Both the position numbers and the translations under genes were made by a program. From Raillietiella orientalis (lineage: Eukaryota), in assembly GCA_036172245.1 (NCBI GenBank), contig JAYWIR010000002.1:3100001-3164000 (forward strand): a stretch of DNA of 64,000 nucleotides, given 5' to 3'. Below the pieces are notes generated by a model. It had not been told where the DNA came from. It ran no database searches and was given only the letters and a program-made list of their open reading frames with translations. The stretch's first letter is position 1; each line of letters begins with the position of its first letter. This document shows, in pieces, positions 14,113-26,700 of this stretch.

Positions 14113-14118
14113 AATAAA
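14113..14118 (+). terminator. Candidate polyadenylation signal of FBXO22
   Basis: AATAAA 59 nt after the stop codon, followed by T/GT-rich sequence. Confidence 0.5.
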
Positions 14119-14909
14119 ATTGTAATTGCTGTTCACTTTTGCCAATTGCAGTTTTTCAGATATGTGTGCTGCATCGTTTGTCTTGAGATCATTAGTTGTG
14201 AACAGTTGGAATGCATGATTTCACGTACTGTTCAATACATAGGTGAAGGTTTTTTTTCATAATTGACCAACATTAATATGTAAAATAGTTGTTACTTGTT
14301 GGCTAATTGATGTCAAGCACATAATGCAGAAAGCATTCATCTTGTTCTGTAATAGTTTGTAGATCTATCCTAAACAAACTTGCATTTCATCTAGGTAAAT
14401 ATACTGGTACTTAATTGATATGGGCATGTACTCACCTTATGTACATGCATGGGAGCATTCTAGATGACACATCAGCTTAACTGAAGGAACATGCAGTACT
14501 GTATTTTGAGTGATGTGCACCTGGATTGAAAATCGTCACCAGTCAGGCATAATGGATTCTTCCCTTGTGTGTCTGTCTGTTTTCTTATTGCTTTCATGCA
14601 TGTCACATTGTTTGAATTCTATTTTCCTGCTGCACACATGTACTTGTGATGCTGGGTGTGATGGGTACATAAAAATTAATTGCAGTTTGTAGTCGTGGTT
14701 AATTTTGGCAAAAGATTTTATTAGCTTAGATGGTTCAAATTGGAACAGTGCTTTAAATTATTACACTTGCGGCTGCCGAACACCGTCCATACCGGTCATG
14801 TAATTGGTTGCTACCAAAAGATTCTTTTGAGGATGCTTTTTGAATTGTACCACACTTGTCAAAAATCCCAATGGAAAATATTCGGTAAAATTCTTATGAG
14901 CAGTGGTCG

Positions 14910-15584
14910 TCATGGGTCACGAAGTATGTATTTTTCTATTGCGTTCGCAAGCTTCAGCTCGTCCAAAGTATCAATTTGTATGGATATAATCTCAGGAACT
15001 TCAACATATCCGCACTTTCCTCCCTGTAGTATGCCGGAATTCAAGAACGCAACTTTGGAGAAATAGAACATCCCATTCTCCACTAGTTCTCCATCCCAGT
15101 CTTGCCGTCTCGGTCGATGGGCGAGGTCGAAGTTCAACGGGCGTATTGCAGATTCGCTGGAATGACCCCAACGCAGGTGGTGCGATCGGGTGACCGAAAA
15201 CACGGAGTCGAAGCCGGCTCTCATCAGTTGGACTGCCTCCCTTAAAAGTTGGGGGCTTTGGAATGGCGACGTACACTGTAGGTTGCCGAGAATTGTGACT
15301 TCCTTGTGGGCCTCTAGAAACTCCAAAATTGCACTCAATGACGACGAAGTGTTTTGTGCATAGTCCTCCTTCCTATGAAAAATCCTTGCTCCATGCAACT
15401 CTCCTTCCCTCGCGATGTCCTCGTGATCTGTGGAAACCCACAGGGAGTGGAAAACGTTGCTCTCCCGCGCAGCCACGATGGTTCGGTGTAGCAGGGTTTG
15501 GTTTCCGACCATGGAAATGTTTTTCATGGGTACACTTTGGCTCCCTCCGCGAGCCAAGACTAATGCTGCGATGTGCTCTTCCAT
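14910..15584 (-). CDS. CMAS: N-acylneuraminate cytidylyltransferase (CMP-sialic acid synthetase), catalytic domain only, uninterrupted ORF
   Basis: Motifs ALVLARGGS..VPMKN, WVSTDH, LQCTSP, FDSVFSVTR, RPRRQDWDGELVENG, LQGG, IQID. No C-terminal HAD-like domain. A small upstream coding exon cannot be excluded. AATAAA on the minus strand at 14717-14722. Confidence 0.95.
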   Translation of the reverse strand: MEEHIAALVLARGGSQSVPMKNISMVGNQTLLHRTIVAARESNVFHSLWVSTDHEDIAREGELHGARIFHRKEDYAQNTSSSLSAILEFLEAHKEVTILGNLQCTSPFQSPQLLREAVQLMRAGFDSVFSVTRSHHLRWGHSSESAIRPLNFDLAHRPRRQDWDGELVENGMFYFSKVAFLNSGILQGGKCGYVEVPEIISIQIDTLDELKLANAIEKYILRDP

Positions 15585-18500
15585 CTCTTGAGGAGCAAGC
15601 GAGTGTGATCTGAGCGCTGGTTTTTCAGAGTGCGGGATCTCACGTCAGAGGTGAACAGATGTTGCAACCGATGGAAATGGACCCACAATCAACGAGAACT
15701 TCAGTACGAAAGAAGAAAAAAAAACACACGCTCCAGCGCAGACTCGGGAAAACTCCTGGAATTCCAATAAGTTCACCGTTAAATGTACAATTTTGATTTT
15801 CGAATTTTCATCAAATTTTTGTTTTGCAATGCCAATGCTGCTAAGCTCCTACGAGAAACCCAAAATACGGAACTGTCCGAACGCTACGATTTTTTGCTCC
15901 CCCCACGATCAACCGACGGGATTTTTGGTTTTCTCCCGAGAATCGGCCGGTAGACGACTTATGGGCGGCGCGGATACTTTTCAGGGAATTTAGATGGTTG
16001 CGAATATCTTTATCCCGTGTGTGGGGCAACTTGCACAGGAAAAGCCTTATTTTATGTTACATGCTCCTTTTTTTTTTACCCTCCTCGTTTGCGGCCCCCG
16101 GCGTTTCATATCGCTGCTTGGGGTCGACTCCGAGCAGCAGTAAGATGGCTTGCCATGGAGGAGGAGGATGGATGGTAGGAGGTTGATCCTGCAATGTTCT
16201 GCCAGAGCACCAATTGTCTTTAAAATGACCCTCCCGCGATGCGCACATCTTCCCATTTTGCAAAGCACGACGAACCTCCGATTCCGTGCCTCATCGTCCG
16301 CAGTACTTTGTCTAACGGCTACCCTTTAATCTGATGCGATGTGATTTCAGTTTTATGCAGTCGAAATCTGTCGAGACCCATCGAAACGTTAGAACGCAGA
16401 TGGAAAGACAATTTCGTACAATTCCGGTATCCCTCCTTCTTTGTTAATGTCAGGATTTCTCCGGGAGCTGACTTCGAAAGAGTACCACAAGACGTCATGT
16501 GCCACGTACTTGACCCGATTCGTCGCGGAGATCCGACTTTCGTAGGGAAACCTCCGCGCTAAAACTACATCTGAATGCTTGCAAGGGCGTCCTGGACGCG
16601 AGCCGTGCAGAATGAAAACACTTCCATCGTCTCGGAGGCGAAAAGCGAGAATCCCGATTTTAAACTGAGAGGGAGGATGAAACGGGGAGTGCACGGATCT
16701 ACAAGAGGAGGAATCCGGCTGCTGCAGTTTTTCGATGTAAAATCCAGAAGAATTGGGACCTCGAATTCATGGGAATATCTTGAATTTGCTTGTCCGTTGC
16801 TTTGGTTTCTGTGACACACCGAGTATTCGTCCCCTCTTTTGATGGTTTTCTTGCAGGGAAAATGCCACGCATCCTGTTGTGACCTTGGGTGATTTGCGTC
16901 ATCCAGTGTGGAAGGTGTTTGCTTTCGCTACCGGTCCTTCATCCCAATTTCTTTTTCGGTTATTCTTTATAGCATTTGAATTTTCGACTTTTTTTTTTCT
17001 TCTTCCAATGTGTTTGGTTGTATGCGGTGTTTACCTTTTTCTTCAAAAGAACGCGGCAAGGCAGCACGCAGCGCCGACCTGAAGACACACACACAAAAAA
17101 GGCGGTGCACGTCGAGACGCGCCTCGGTGCCCGGGTGCTTCGCGCGGGGAACACGAACTCTTGCGGGAACATCGCGTCCAGAGATGCTACTCACGTGGAT
17201 CGCGCACACACTCCAGATCTTCAACACTGAGGAGGCATCGACAAGGTACCTGGAGTTGGAGAACTGCTAGCTGGAAGACTCACTCGGCATGAGCGATACC
17301 GCCGCATAAAATTTAGAGAAAGAGCCTTCGTTAATTGATTGGTTGCACACGAGTCCAGAGATCAAGAAATTCCAGCTACGCAAACATGGAGACAGTACAC
17401 ACGAAAAAAAGAAAAGGAAAAAGAAGGGGACAGAGAGGGAGAGAAAAGAGCGCAGCCAAGTGACGCAAATCGCAACCGTTGGTTGCGATGATTCATAATG
17501 GCTGGCTGAATGAGCGTACCGGGAGGTCCCAGGATGCAAACAAATCGAGGAGTGGCGTGCCTGGCGTGCGTTTTTAGTTTCCGGAAAAAGATAAAAAACG
17601 CACCGCAGGATGTCAGTCAGTTCTTCCTTGCGAAAAGGGAACAGCTGGCATCTGGAAACGAATGTCACGGTGCGTATTGAGGTACCAAAACTCGCACGCT
17701 GGAAGCGCGGGAACGGTAGGTACGCATCCTGCCGAGCAGGGAGAACGCGCGGCCAGCATCCCTGCTGCAACTTTTCGACCGAAAGGCCAGTGCAACTGCA
17801 CACGGCACGAGCTGGGCGCGAGGCCTGTGCCTTCGATGGCGTCATCTGCCGCTACCCAAAGCCAAGCTGCATTAGTTCGAGACGAAAAACAGAGAGTGCG
17901 CCATCATGGAAAGAACGGACTGCAATGCAGCCTCGCTGAGGCATCCAAAAGGACGAAGGGGCGACTCCCCGTCCCTCCCCCTACCCACAAATCCCAGGTA
18001 GACGCCTCATGGCGAGTCCAGAAGGAATTCTTGAGCACCTGAGCAAATCAGATCGGTTACATTCTAGGAAGGTGTCATTCGACAAGCAATTGGCAACCTA
18101 ACGTTTTCGGTGTGCTTTGGGATGGGAAAAGACGTTCGCAACCGGGAAAGAAAATGAAAGCTCTTCGTTTACAGCGTGGCCATTGACAGCTGCCTGCCAA
18201 TTCGGCTTCCTCAAGGTTAGCAGCATGGCGCTATCCGGACCGCGGGTGCTTTTCTTTTCTTAAGAACTTTCTTGTTGAATTTGATTTCCAGCTGCTGAAT
18301 GAGGCAGCTGATTTCCGTCAGCGGACCTTCTAGAGAGGAAGTCAGCTACGCCTCTTTTTCTTTTTTTAAAAAAAAATCCTTGAGGACAACATGCGAAAAT
18401 GCTGCGGGCTGTGCGTTTCGCCTGCCCCTTGAGCCAACGAGTTGCGGCTACTGGCTGGTTGCAGCTGGGCTGCGCGCGGGCGCAGAAGAATTCCTTGGGA

Positions 18501-18694
18501 CGACAGGGTTCTCTTTGAAGAGGATGCCGCGAGCAGTGCACCTTCGTTCCTGTTCGTCTGGCTCGGGCATGCGGCCGTGCTGCTGCGTGCAGCCGAAGAA
18601 GAAGCGAATCCTCTGCTGTTGCGCCTATGTGTTCGAGGGGAAGGGGAAGCCCCATCTCGCGGGTTTGCGTCCTGGCTTCTCTCCGTCCGCCTTC

Positions 18695-18724
18695 CCACCA
18701 CCACCACCACCACCACCGCCACCG
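18695..18724 (+). repeat. (CCA)n microsatellite
   Basis: Direct reading of the sequence. Confidence 0.85.
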
Positions 18725-19282
18725 CTCACGCGCTTCCTGGTGGCACGGCCTTCGCTCCAGCTTTCACGCCTTGCGGTCCGCCGCCTCCGGAACATGCGCT
18801 CCTCCAGCGCATGCGAAACGGGCGAATCATCTGGAGGCACCGCGCCGGCTGCAAGCGTTGTCTCGGCCCGACCCTTGCGGCACTTGGAGGAGACGGTCGA
18901 ACCCGACGCTGCGCTTCCGGGTTCCCGACGGCAGCACCTCCCTCTTTCCCCGCCGGGAATCCTCTCCATCATCCATCCCGTGCCCAGCTCTCTCCCTTGC
19001 CCCAGCGCGCTGTTTCGGCTGAGTCTCGGGGTGAGGTGCATAGCAACTCTCCCCCCCCCCTTCCCCCGACCCTCTCTCTCCCCTCTCTCCGGTCGCCTCT
19101 TTCCGCCTGCAGTTTTCTCCGCCCCTCAAGGAGATTCGCGTGGATTCGTTCCAGCGCTTTGAGGGAGGATTCCTGGAGCGGAGGTCACCTGGCCCTCCAC
19201 TCCCAGAGAACTGCAGGCGCGTTCCTCTCTTCCGCTGACTCTGGTGCTCCAAAGCACGCGGCTGGTGAGCTTTCAGGTGGAA

Positions 19283-20690
19283 TTTATCACCCGGATATGC
19301 CGGGGCATTTATTATTAAAATTTTTATAATATAAAATTTCCTAATAAAGTCTTCTAATTGTTAATATGTGCAGGCAGAGCACGTGGTTCTGTTTATCTTG
19401 ACACACTTGCCGCTGCCGGCCCGCAGGCCGCTGAGATCCTCTCCGGAGGCGATGGGGAAGGGAAAACCACAAAGAAAAACAGAAAAAAACAAACAAAAAC
19501 CAAGGGGAGGGAACTGTTTTAGGGGAAGGGAGGGCTGGGAAGGGATCGTTGTTCGCTCCGCGTGGTCCTCTGCATCCTGTGCAGGATGCGGACAAGTGCC
19601 GGACGTGATGTTCTTAGCCGGGTCCATGGGGAAGCTTTGTCAATGTTGAGAGCCGCCCAGTGAATGGTGTTCCGGCTGTTGTGGCATCTCCTGGACGCAG
19701 TCCATTTTTCCAGGATCCCACGTATGCAGAAGAGAACTGCCACACGCGCGGCTGCTGGCATGCGCTCCATCGTCAGGAGACCGAGTCCACCGTCCCTGCG
19801 TGGAGTGCACAAGTCTCTGAGTCGGACGCGGGACCTCCGATTGCCCCAAAAGGGCTTTCCTGATGAGGCCCCTTGTCCGTGTCCTGATTTGGGGTGGGGC
19901 AAGGTACACAAAATGTAAGGGGCGAAGAAGGGGGGACGCGAAAGCGTTCCACACCGCGGCCCGTTCCTTCAAGTAAAACTTGCCGTCGCGGAACGGGCCG
20001 ATCTCCAACTCCACTTTTTGGAGACTCTGCAGCGCAGAAGTCCCCCAACGGAACGCCAAGGTACTTGAAGTACCCGCCCGTGGGGATCCCCAAGGATCCA
20101 GTACGATCGTCCTGCCCGCGACGAGTCCATGAATATTAATGACGACTTCGTCCTGTTCATCTCCAGGCCTGTCCCGCGGCGCAGCAGCTCGAAGAAATCC
20201 TCGAGCGCAGACGCCGGGGTGGACCCGGGAAGCAGGAGCAGAAGGTCGTCGGCATAGGCCGACACGGCAGGCGTGCCAGGACACGAGCTCGGCAGGGTTG
20301 CCAGAGTCTCCCTGTATGCTCTCAGCACCAGCTCAAAGTAGATGCAGAAGAGCAGGGCGCACAGGCTGTCTCCCTGCCGGATGCCACGTCGAACCGGCAC
20401 GCCGTACACGTTCCGGCGTGCCGGCCTGAAAGTGATGTTTATCATCGCGAAGCACCAGCAGGAGCGCGGGTAGGCCAGGAAGACGGCCGAAAATCCAGTG
20501 CGACCAGAAGCTCCAGAAGGAGCTCCTGGTCGACGCAGTCGAAAGCTAACTCTGGCGCACCTGCCGAATGCCGCGCCGGAGCCGAGCGCCAAACCTGGCA
20601 ATCCGGGTCGCCCAGCCTGCTGGACGATCTGGACCGGGAACGTTCGTCCCCGACGGCGGTTAGGCAACTCGTGAGAAGTTTCTATTCCTC
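19283..20690 (-). mobile_element. L1/Tx1-type LINE, internally deleted copy (RT core fused to extreme 3' end)
   Basis: RT motifs FDCVD, VRRGIRQGDSL, AYADDLLL, FKYLGVPLG, DGGLGL, then a jump at ~19765 to the last part of ORF2 and a 3' UTR almost identical to 6153-6628. Confidence 0.9.
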
Positions 20691-20699
20691 CCTTTATGC

Positions 20700-23399
20700 C
20701 AAAGCACCCCCGGAACGAGACTCCTCGCGGCGTTTGCTCTCGAAGGGAGCCTTGGCGATAGGGTAGGAGGAGAGGGAAAGCCTCGAAGAGCCTTTCACGA
20801 CCGGCGAAGTTCTCGGCGGAATTGAAAGGCTCAAGAGGCGTAAGGCGCCAGGGGAGGACGGCCTGCCCGCGGCGTTTTTCAGTGCTTCGCGGCAGAGCTG
20901 GCCCCCCTGGTGCTCAAGTTGACGAGGCTGATCCGAGACGAAGGCGATGTACCCGCGTCGTTTCGGTCAGCCAGGATGAGGCTCCTTCCAAAGGGAGATG
21001 AGCTCAGAAAGTTAAGCAACTGGCGTCCGATCACGATCGTGAACGCGGACGCCAAGCTGATTGCCGGACTGTGGGCTGCGCGTTTGGGGCAGGTGGCCGA
21101 CTCCATAATTAGCCCGGAGCAGACATACGCTGTTCCCAGGAGAAGTATGGAGGCCAACCTGTTCCTCGCGAGCACATGGTTTCATGTGCAGAGGAGAGAA
21201 AATAGGAAAAAACATATGATCGGCAACCCGACTTTGGGCGCGCCAGCCGGTCAGGGAAGGGACACCCGGGCGGGGAAGGGAGCCCTAGCGATCGCAGTCG
21301 ATCTCCATAAGCGTTCGACTGCGTGGACCGGGAACTTCTTCTGGAGCTCCTGGATCGCATGGGCTTCCCACCCTCCCTACTGACCTACCTGCGCTCTTGC
21401 TGGCGCAATGCGATAATAAACGTTTTTTTCAGCAGTCAGAATGTGTAAGGTGTGCCGGTGCGCCACGGGATAAGGCAGGGCGATAACCTGAGTCCCCTGC
21501 TCTTTAGCACCTACTACGAGTTGGTGCTTAGAGCGTATAGGGTGACTTTGGCTGCCTTGTTGAGCTCGTGCCCCGGCACACCTGCTGTAGCAGCGTACGC
21601 CGACGATCTTCTGCTTTTGCTCCCCATATACGCTCCGGCAGCGGCAGTCGAGGATTTCTTCTATCTGTTAAGCCGCGGGATGGGACTGCGGGTGAACAAG
21701 GCAAAGTCGTCGGTGGTGGCTGTTGGTGCGACGTGGGTTGGACGGCCTGACTGGATCCGCTTGGGGATCCCCACAGCCAGGTACCTGAAGTACCTTGGCG
21801 TTCCGTTGGGGGACTTCTGCCCGTCAGAATCCTGGTCAGGTAGTCTCCAGAAAGTAGAGCTGGCGATCGTCCTGGAAGGCAAGTTCCTCTTGCCGGAACG
21901 GGCCGCGGTATGGAACGCGTTTGCGGCTTCCATCCTCCGCCTCCTACTTTTTGTTTTCCCCGTCCCAGTGGAAATGAAAAAGAGGACAAAGGACCTCCTC
22001 CGCATCGCCCTGTCGGGAAACGGGAAGCCCCGAGTGCCTCTGAAGGACTTGTGCGCTCCGCGTTGGGACAGCGGTCTTGGCCTCCTAACGCTGAAGCACT
22101 TGGAAATCCAGCTGCGATGGCGCACCATGGCCATCGCAGAGAAGTGGTGGAGCACATCTTGGTGCGTTTCGGCCCGCCTCCTAGCCAGCCGTGTCTCCAG
22201 AATGCAAGGACTCGCGTCTCATTTTCTGTGCCCCGGCCGGAAGATCAGAAGATGCGGCCTGCTCCTTGGACGCATGTCCATCCTGGCAAAGGAGAACGAG
22301 TGGATGGCCTGCAGCCCCGCCAACTCCATTGCATGGCTGGAGGAGACTACTGGCACGTGGGCGAAGTTGAACGAGAGGAACCATGAGACGTGGAACTGCC
22401 TTCGAAACGGGTTTTTAAACCCGCTACACTCTGCGGAAAATACTAGAGTATCCCGCGAGCTGCACGTGGGCTGAGACAACCCTCCTAGCTTCGGCGATGC
22501 CCTTCCGGAGAAGGGCACTTCATAACAGCCGGAAGCCGAAGTGACAAGTCTCCTGCCGTATCGCAGGCAGAGAGATGATGAGTGGCTGGACAGTGGGAGA
22601 GTTGGCCGACGCCATGACCCCGAGCGTCCAGCCGAGAGGATTAACGAGATGGGGCGAGCTGCTCGGCATCCAGACGGATGACCTGAAGTGGCTCCCGGTA
22701 TCGACAGGATCCAGGACTCTTCCCCTGAAGTGGCAAGAGTCGTCGCTTCTGTTGTTGCATTGGGGCCTACCCTGCAACGCGTGCCGCTTCCACTGGACGC
22801 GGGAAAGAGTATATCCTGAGTGTGCCAGGTGCGGGGAGCGGGAGTCCCTCTCCCACCTTATAGTTGTCCCTCTCCGGCTTCTGTGGGAACGTCTCGGAAC
22901 GACCCTTGGGATACCGGTTGGCGGCAACCCCAACCGCCTTCTCTTCGTGCTGGACGCCCTGCAGCTATTCGCAGCCCTGGCAGCACTTTGCTGCATCCGT
23001 GGGATTGTGGCGGCCTGGAGTGAAGCCGAAGATGAAGATGCAACGAGAGGGACGTCATCCCGTATGCTGTTCGCTTCCTGCAGAGAGCTACCGGATGGCC
23101 CCAGCTGGGTGGACTGGAGAAGGACCTCGAGGGCATCCTATAAAGGATGGACCCTCCTCCCAGTGGTCAGTGATCCCTTCCCCACCCTCCAAATTCTTTT
23201 TTTTTCTCTTATTGTTTTATTTTTTTCTTCTGTTTTTTCCCCCATCCCCTTCCACTGCCGAGGAGAGTCACGCTGGTCTGCGTCCCGGCGTCCCGGCAGG
23301 TCCTGCTAAATGTTGGCCGTTAGTTGAGCCTTGTTCCACGTATTGATGATGACTATAGGAAGAGTTTGAATAAACGTCCCGGCGTTTCCGGGTGGCAAC
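20700..23399 (+). mobile_element. L1/Tx1-type LINE, 5'-truncated ORF2 (RT + zinc-binding C-terminus) with frameshifts and stops, 3' UTR and terminal hairpin
   Basis: KAPGEDGLP, LLPKGD...NWRPITIVNADAK, SPEQ, AVDLHK/AFDCVD, GIRQGDNLSPLLF, AYADD, LKYLGVP, SGLGL, CARCGERESLSHL...LWERL. Confidence 0.95.
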
Positions 23400-24030
23400 G
23401 CTGAAACCTGGAGGAAGACGGTCCATGAGAAACTGGTCGCAGAACTCGCGGACTGAACTCTTCATCACGTCCCAGTCCGCGAGATTCTGCAGATGGAATC
23501 CACGCAGGAACGCGCGGAGGTGTTCCGCTGCTCCTGCGATGCTCAACCAGTCCCCTGGCAGACGCCACGTCTGAGAGGGTGAGCCTCTTCGGCGCGGGTG
23601 TATCTCGAGCACAAGCCGGGGGTGGTCGGACAACTCGGACGGCAATGCTCCCCGATTTCCCACCCGTGTGCACAGGTGGTCGTCGAGGAACATGTGGTCG
23701 ATGCTTGTCCCCGTCCCAGCATCACCGGCTAACAAGTTGCGCGCATGCATTGCTGCGCACATCTCGTTGACCAGTTGTGCTCGTGTTCAGGGCGCACCTG
23801 CCAGCAGGCGGACGTTAAAGTCCCAGGCAATCAGGTGCGCCCTTCGAACGGCTGTTTGAGCCAGCCAATCTCGCCGCAGGCCTTCGAAGAACGCAGTGCG
23901 TTCTGCGGGGCTGTGGCTATCGCAAGTTCGTAATCACGAGGTCGATCGCGTGGGACCACTTGATCACAAGTTGCCCAACTTGACCTTCCCCGTCGAGCTG
24001 CACGTCGCGCGCTTTCAGGTGGATGCCATC
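23400..24030 (-). mobile_element. LINE APE endonuclease domain fragment
   Basis: Minus-strand translation LIAWDFN (GDFN motif), SIDHMFL, ELSDH, then the L1-clade WRL motif and W...K..VREFC. Confidence 0.85.
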
Positions 24031-24060
24031 CTAATGGACCGTTTTTTTTTTTGTGTGTGT

Positions 24061-24149
24061 GTGTATTTTCAGATGCCTTGCTAATTTTTGCCATAATTCC
24101 AGTGTAACTTTGATAACTTTTGATAGGTCTCAGAGGGAACTGTCAGGAA
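24061..24149 (+). repeat. Inverted duplicate of 28579-28667 (splice acceptor + start of last exon of CFAP119-like paralog 1)
   Basis: TTTTCAGATGCCTTGCTAATTT...ATAACTTTTGATAGGTCTCAGAGGGAACTG is the reverse complement of 28579-28667 at roughly 90% identity. Confidence 0.9.
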
Positions 24150-24169
24150 CAGTCCATTCCGCTATTCCA

Positions 24170-24280
24170 TGAACTTCTTCCCTCCCCCCCCCTTCCCTTC
24201 AGCCCCCTTTCCAACTTCCTATCCCATTTTATGGGTTGAGATGAATTTTAATAAACACCTCGGCGTGCCCGGGTGGAAAC
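24170..24280 (+). mobile_element. Isolated LINE 3' tail (C-rich tract + AATAAA-hairpin terminus)
   Basis: AATAAACACCTCGGCGTGCCCGGGTGGAAAC matches the termini of the other copies. Confidence 0.7.
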
Positions 24281-25399
24281 TGAGTGGTCCGGGGAAGTGG
24301 TGGGGAGAGCCTCGGCCTGCCTGAGTCGAGTGACAGGCCAACGAGCTTCGAAGGACGAAGGTCCGAGGTTGGTTCGGGTGTCGCGGTGGTCTCGGCCGAC
24401 TGGTGGTTGCTCCTCACGGAGGAAGGGGAGCAAAAGGCTCCCCTTCGCGAACCTCGGGCGCAGATTCGCGGGACTCCCGCTAGCCCGCGGAGCTTCGTGG
24501 GTGCGTCTCCCTTTTGTCGGCGCAGAGCTCAAGAACGCGCGCTCGGAGACCTACGCGACGAAACGCGGCTGACACCCCTTGCAACGACTCGCGGGTGCAA
24601 CGGGTGGCCAGTGGCAACGTCACCCACTCCGCTTTCCGGGAGCGGGATGGGGAGAGTTGGTCCGGGTGAGCCGCTGCTGCGTGGAGCGGGGACCTTGGAG
24701 GAGGCAGGAGCGCTCCTGAGTCGCATCGGCAGGAGAGGGAGCGCCAGAGGATGCGCACACCCCCAGAGCCCTTTCCTCCCCTTTCTTCCCTTGACCTCAA
24801 GCTCCCTGTGGACTCCTCTTCAGTCAAACATCCGGAAGGAGGAGATGCAGCTCATCCTCAATGCTGACCGATGCTTTTCCCTTTCTTTCGGCGCGCCTTC
24901 CTCCCGAAGGAACGAGAGCGTTGGCTCGATCCGGGGAAAGCACGGGACGTGCTCCCCCGTGTGCTCGAATCTGCTCGTGTGGTCGGCGCTTCGCAAGGTG
25001 CCGTACCGTTTCCACTGCTGGGAAGCGTCCCCATTCCCGACCGCGTGATCTGCTGGTCGGAGGGCAGCTACGCGCCCGCCGCCGCTCCTGCCTTTGTCGC
25101 AACGAAGGGGTGGAGAGCACCCCAAGGTGGACGTACAGTCGGTGACAGTGGATGGACCCACGCGATCTTCCCGTTGTCCTGCAATCCAGAACGGAGGTGT
25201 CTCTGTGGCTGACGGAAGCGGCAAAGAAAGCCGTTGTTCCGAAAGGTTGGGTGAACACCCACTCCATGAGACCAGTCCAAGAGATTTTATCAACGAGGGA
25301 ATTTCGAGAACGTACTCGAAAGGGGCGAAAATGTTGAACGATTGGGCACCGCCCATCCCTTAAAAAGCAATGTCCTTTTTATCAGGAACATTTTCCGAT

Positions 25400-26700
25400 A
25401 AAGGAAAAGCTCGATAACCTATCGGAATTGGAAAAGCCATGCCTGAACGAGGGGAAACGTATCTTGGATGTCTGAGAGGACTAGGAGGCTGCGGCAGATC
25501 GTAATCTGCACAAACGCAATGAAAGCATCACGGGATACTACTCCACACAGGCGGTCGTCACGGCGATAGGTTGCCTTTGTGGATCTCAGTTTGCTCGGCT
25601 CTGCGAGGAGGATCCGCCTCCATCTTGAATCACCTAGCGGGCAGTGTAGAGTATTCTGACAAATGAGACCTAAGAGGATGAGAGGTCGGGAGGGCGTCCG
25701 AAATCCCTTCAGCCTTTGGAAAGCTCAAAAATGAGGCGATTCGAATCCTGTTTTCTCTGGAATCGTTCGACGCCTCGGGTGCACGGTCACCGGATCGAAC
25801 ATCTGGGAGAACTGCGGACTAGCAGCCCTCCACAAAACTCCGCAGATCTCAGCTGCCACCGGCAAGTCCAGCTCTCCTGGACGGTCGGTCGCAAATCCCA
25901 GATCGAGGATCTTCCTCTTCTTCGCGTGTAAAATGCTCGGTCATCGACGCTGTGAGTTTCGCTCATCCGTCCATTCATCTACCCAGAAGTTCTCTCCCTT
26001 GCCTCCCGGAAGTGACCGCTTTGTGTTCACTAACAACCAGACATTCCTTGGAGCTACGTGGTCTTGTCCTTTTCGAGGAGTCCTGGAGACTCGCCGCACT
26101 CTTGAGGGGAGGTAGAAGATCAAGCCACACACCAAAAAACCAGATGGACACTAAAGCATCATCTCTTCATCTGACTTCTTCATCAGAGACGGGAGCTATT
26201 CACTGTTCCCTCTTTGACCCACCTCGTCCGCTGTACCTTCCTCATCCGGATAGCGCCAATGACGGCACTCGCGTGGGCCTCACAGAGCTCGCACAGGCCT
26301 GTCAGCCTCTCAAACTTTGAACCGGGAAAGGAGAAACGCTCCAGCATTCCGTTTATACTTTTGGAAGGAACTTTTTTAATTTCGCAGCCTGCACTCTCGG
26401 GAGGAGATTTAGCGCTATCGATGCCTGGATCCAGATCCCTACGCGGATCCTAGCTTCCGCCGCCAGTGTGCACGCACACATCGGACTACGGTTATTGCAC
26501 GACGGATTCAGGGCGCTTTCCCATGCCCGTAGGCCACGGTGCCTCCGTTTTCTGCGAGGAGGCACGGGGCTTGATTTGGATGCGAGGTCCAGCTTTCGGG
26601 GTGCCAGCCCACGAGCGTTCCTACGCCTCGTTCGGGAGAGCACCGTGGGAGGCTTTGCCCGGAGGAGCAGGTTCGAACATGCTGCAAACTTGAACGTTGG
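25400..26700 (-). mobile_element. Probable very old LINE RT remnant
   Basis: Weak collinear by-eye similarity to 20710-21500; no intact motif. Confidence 0.25.
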
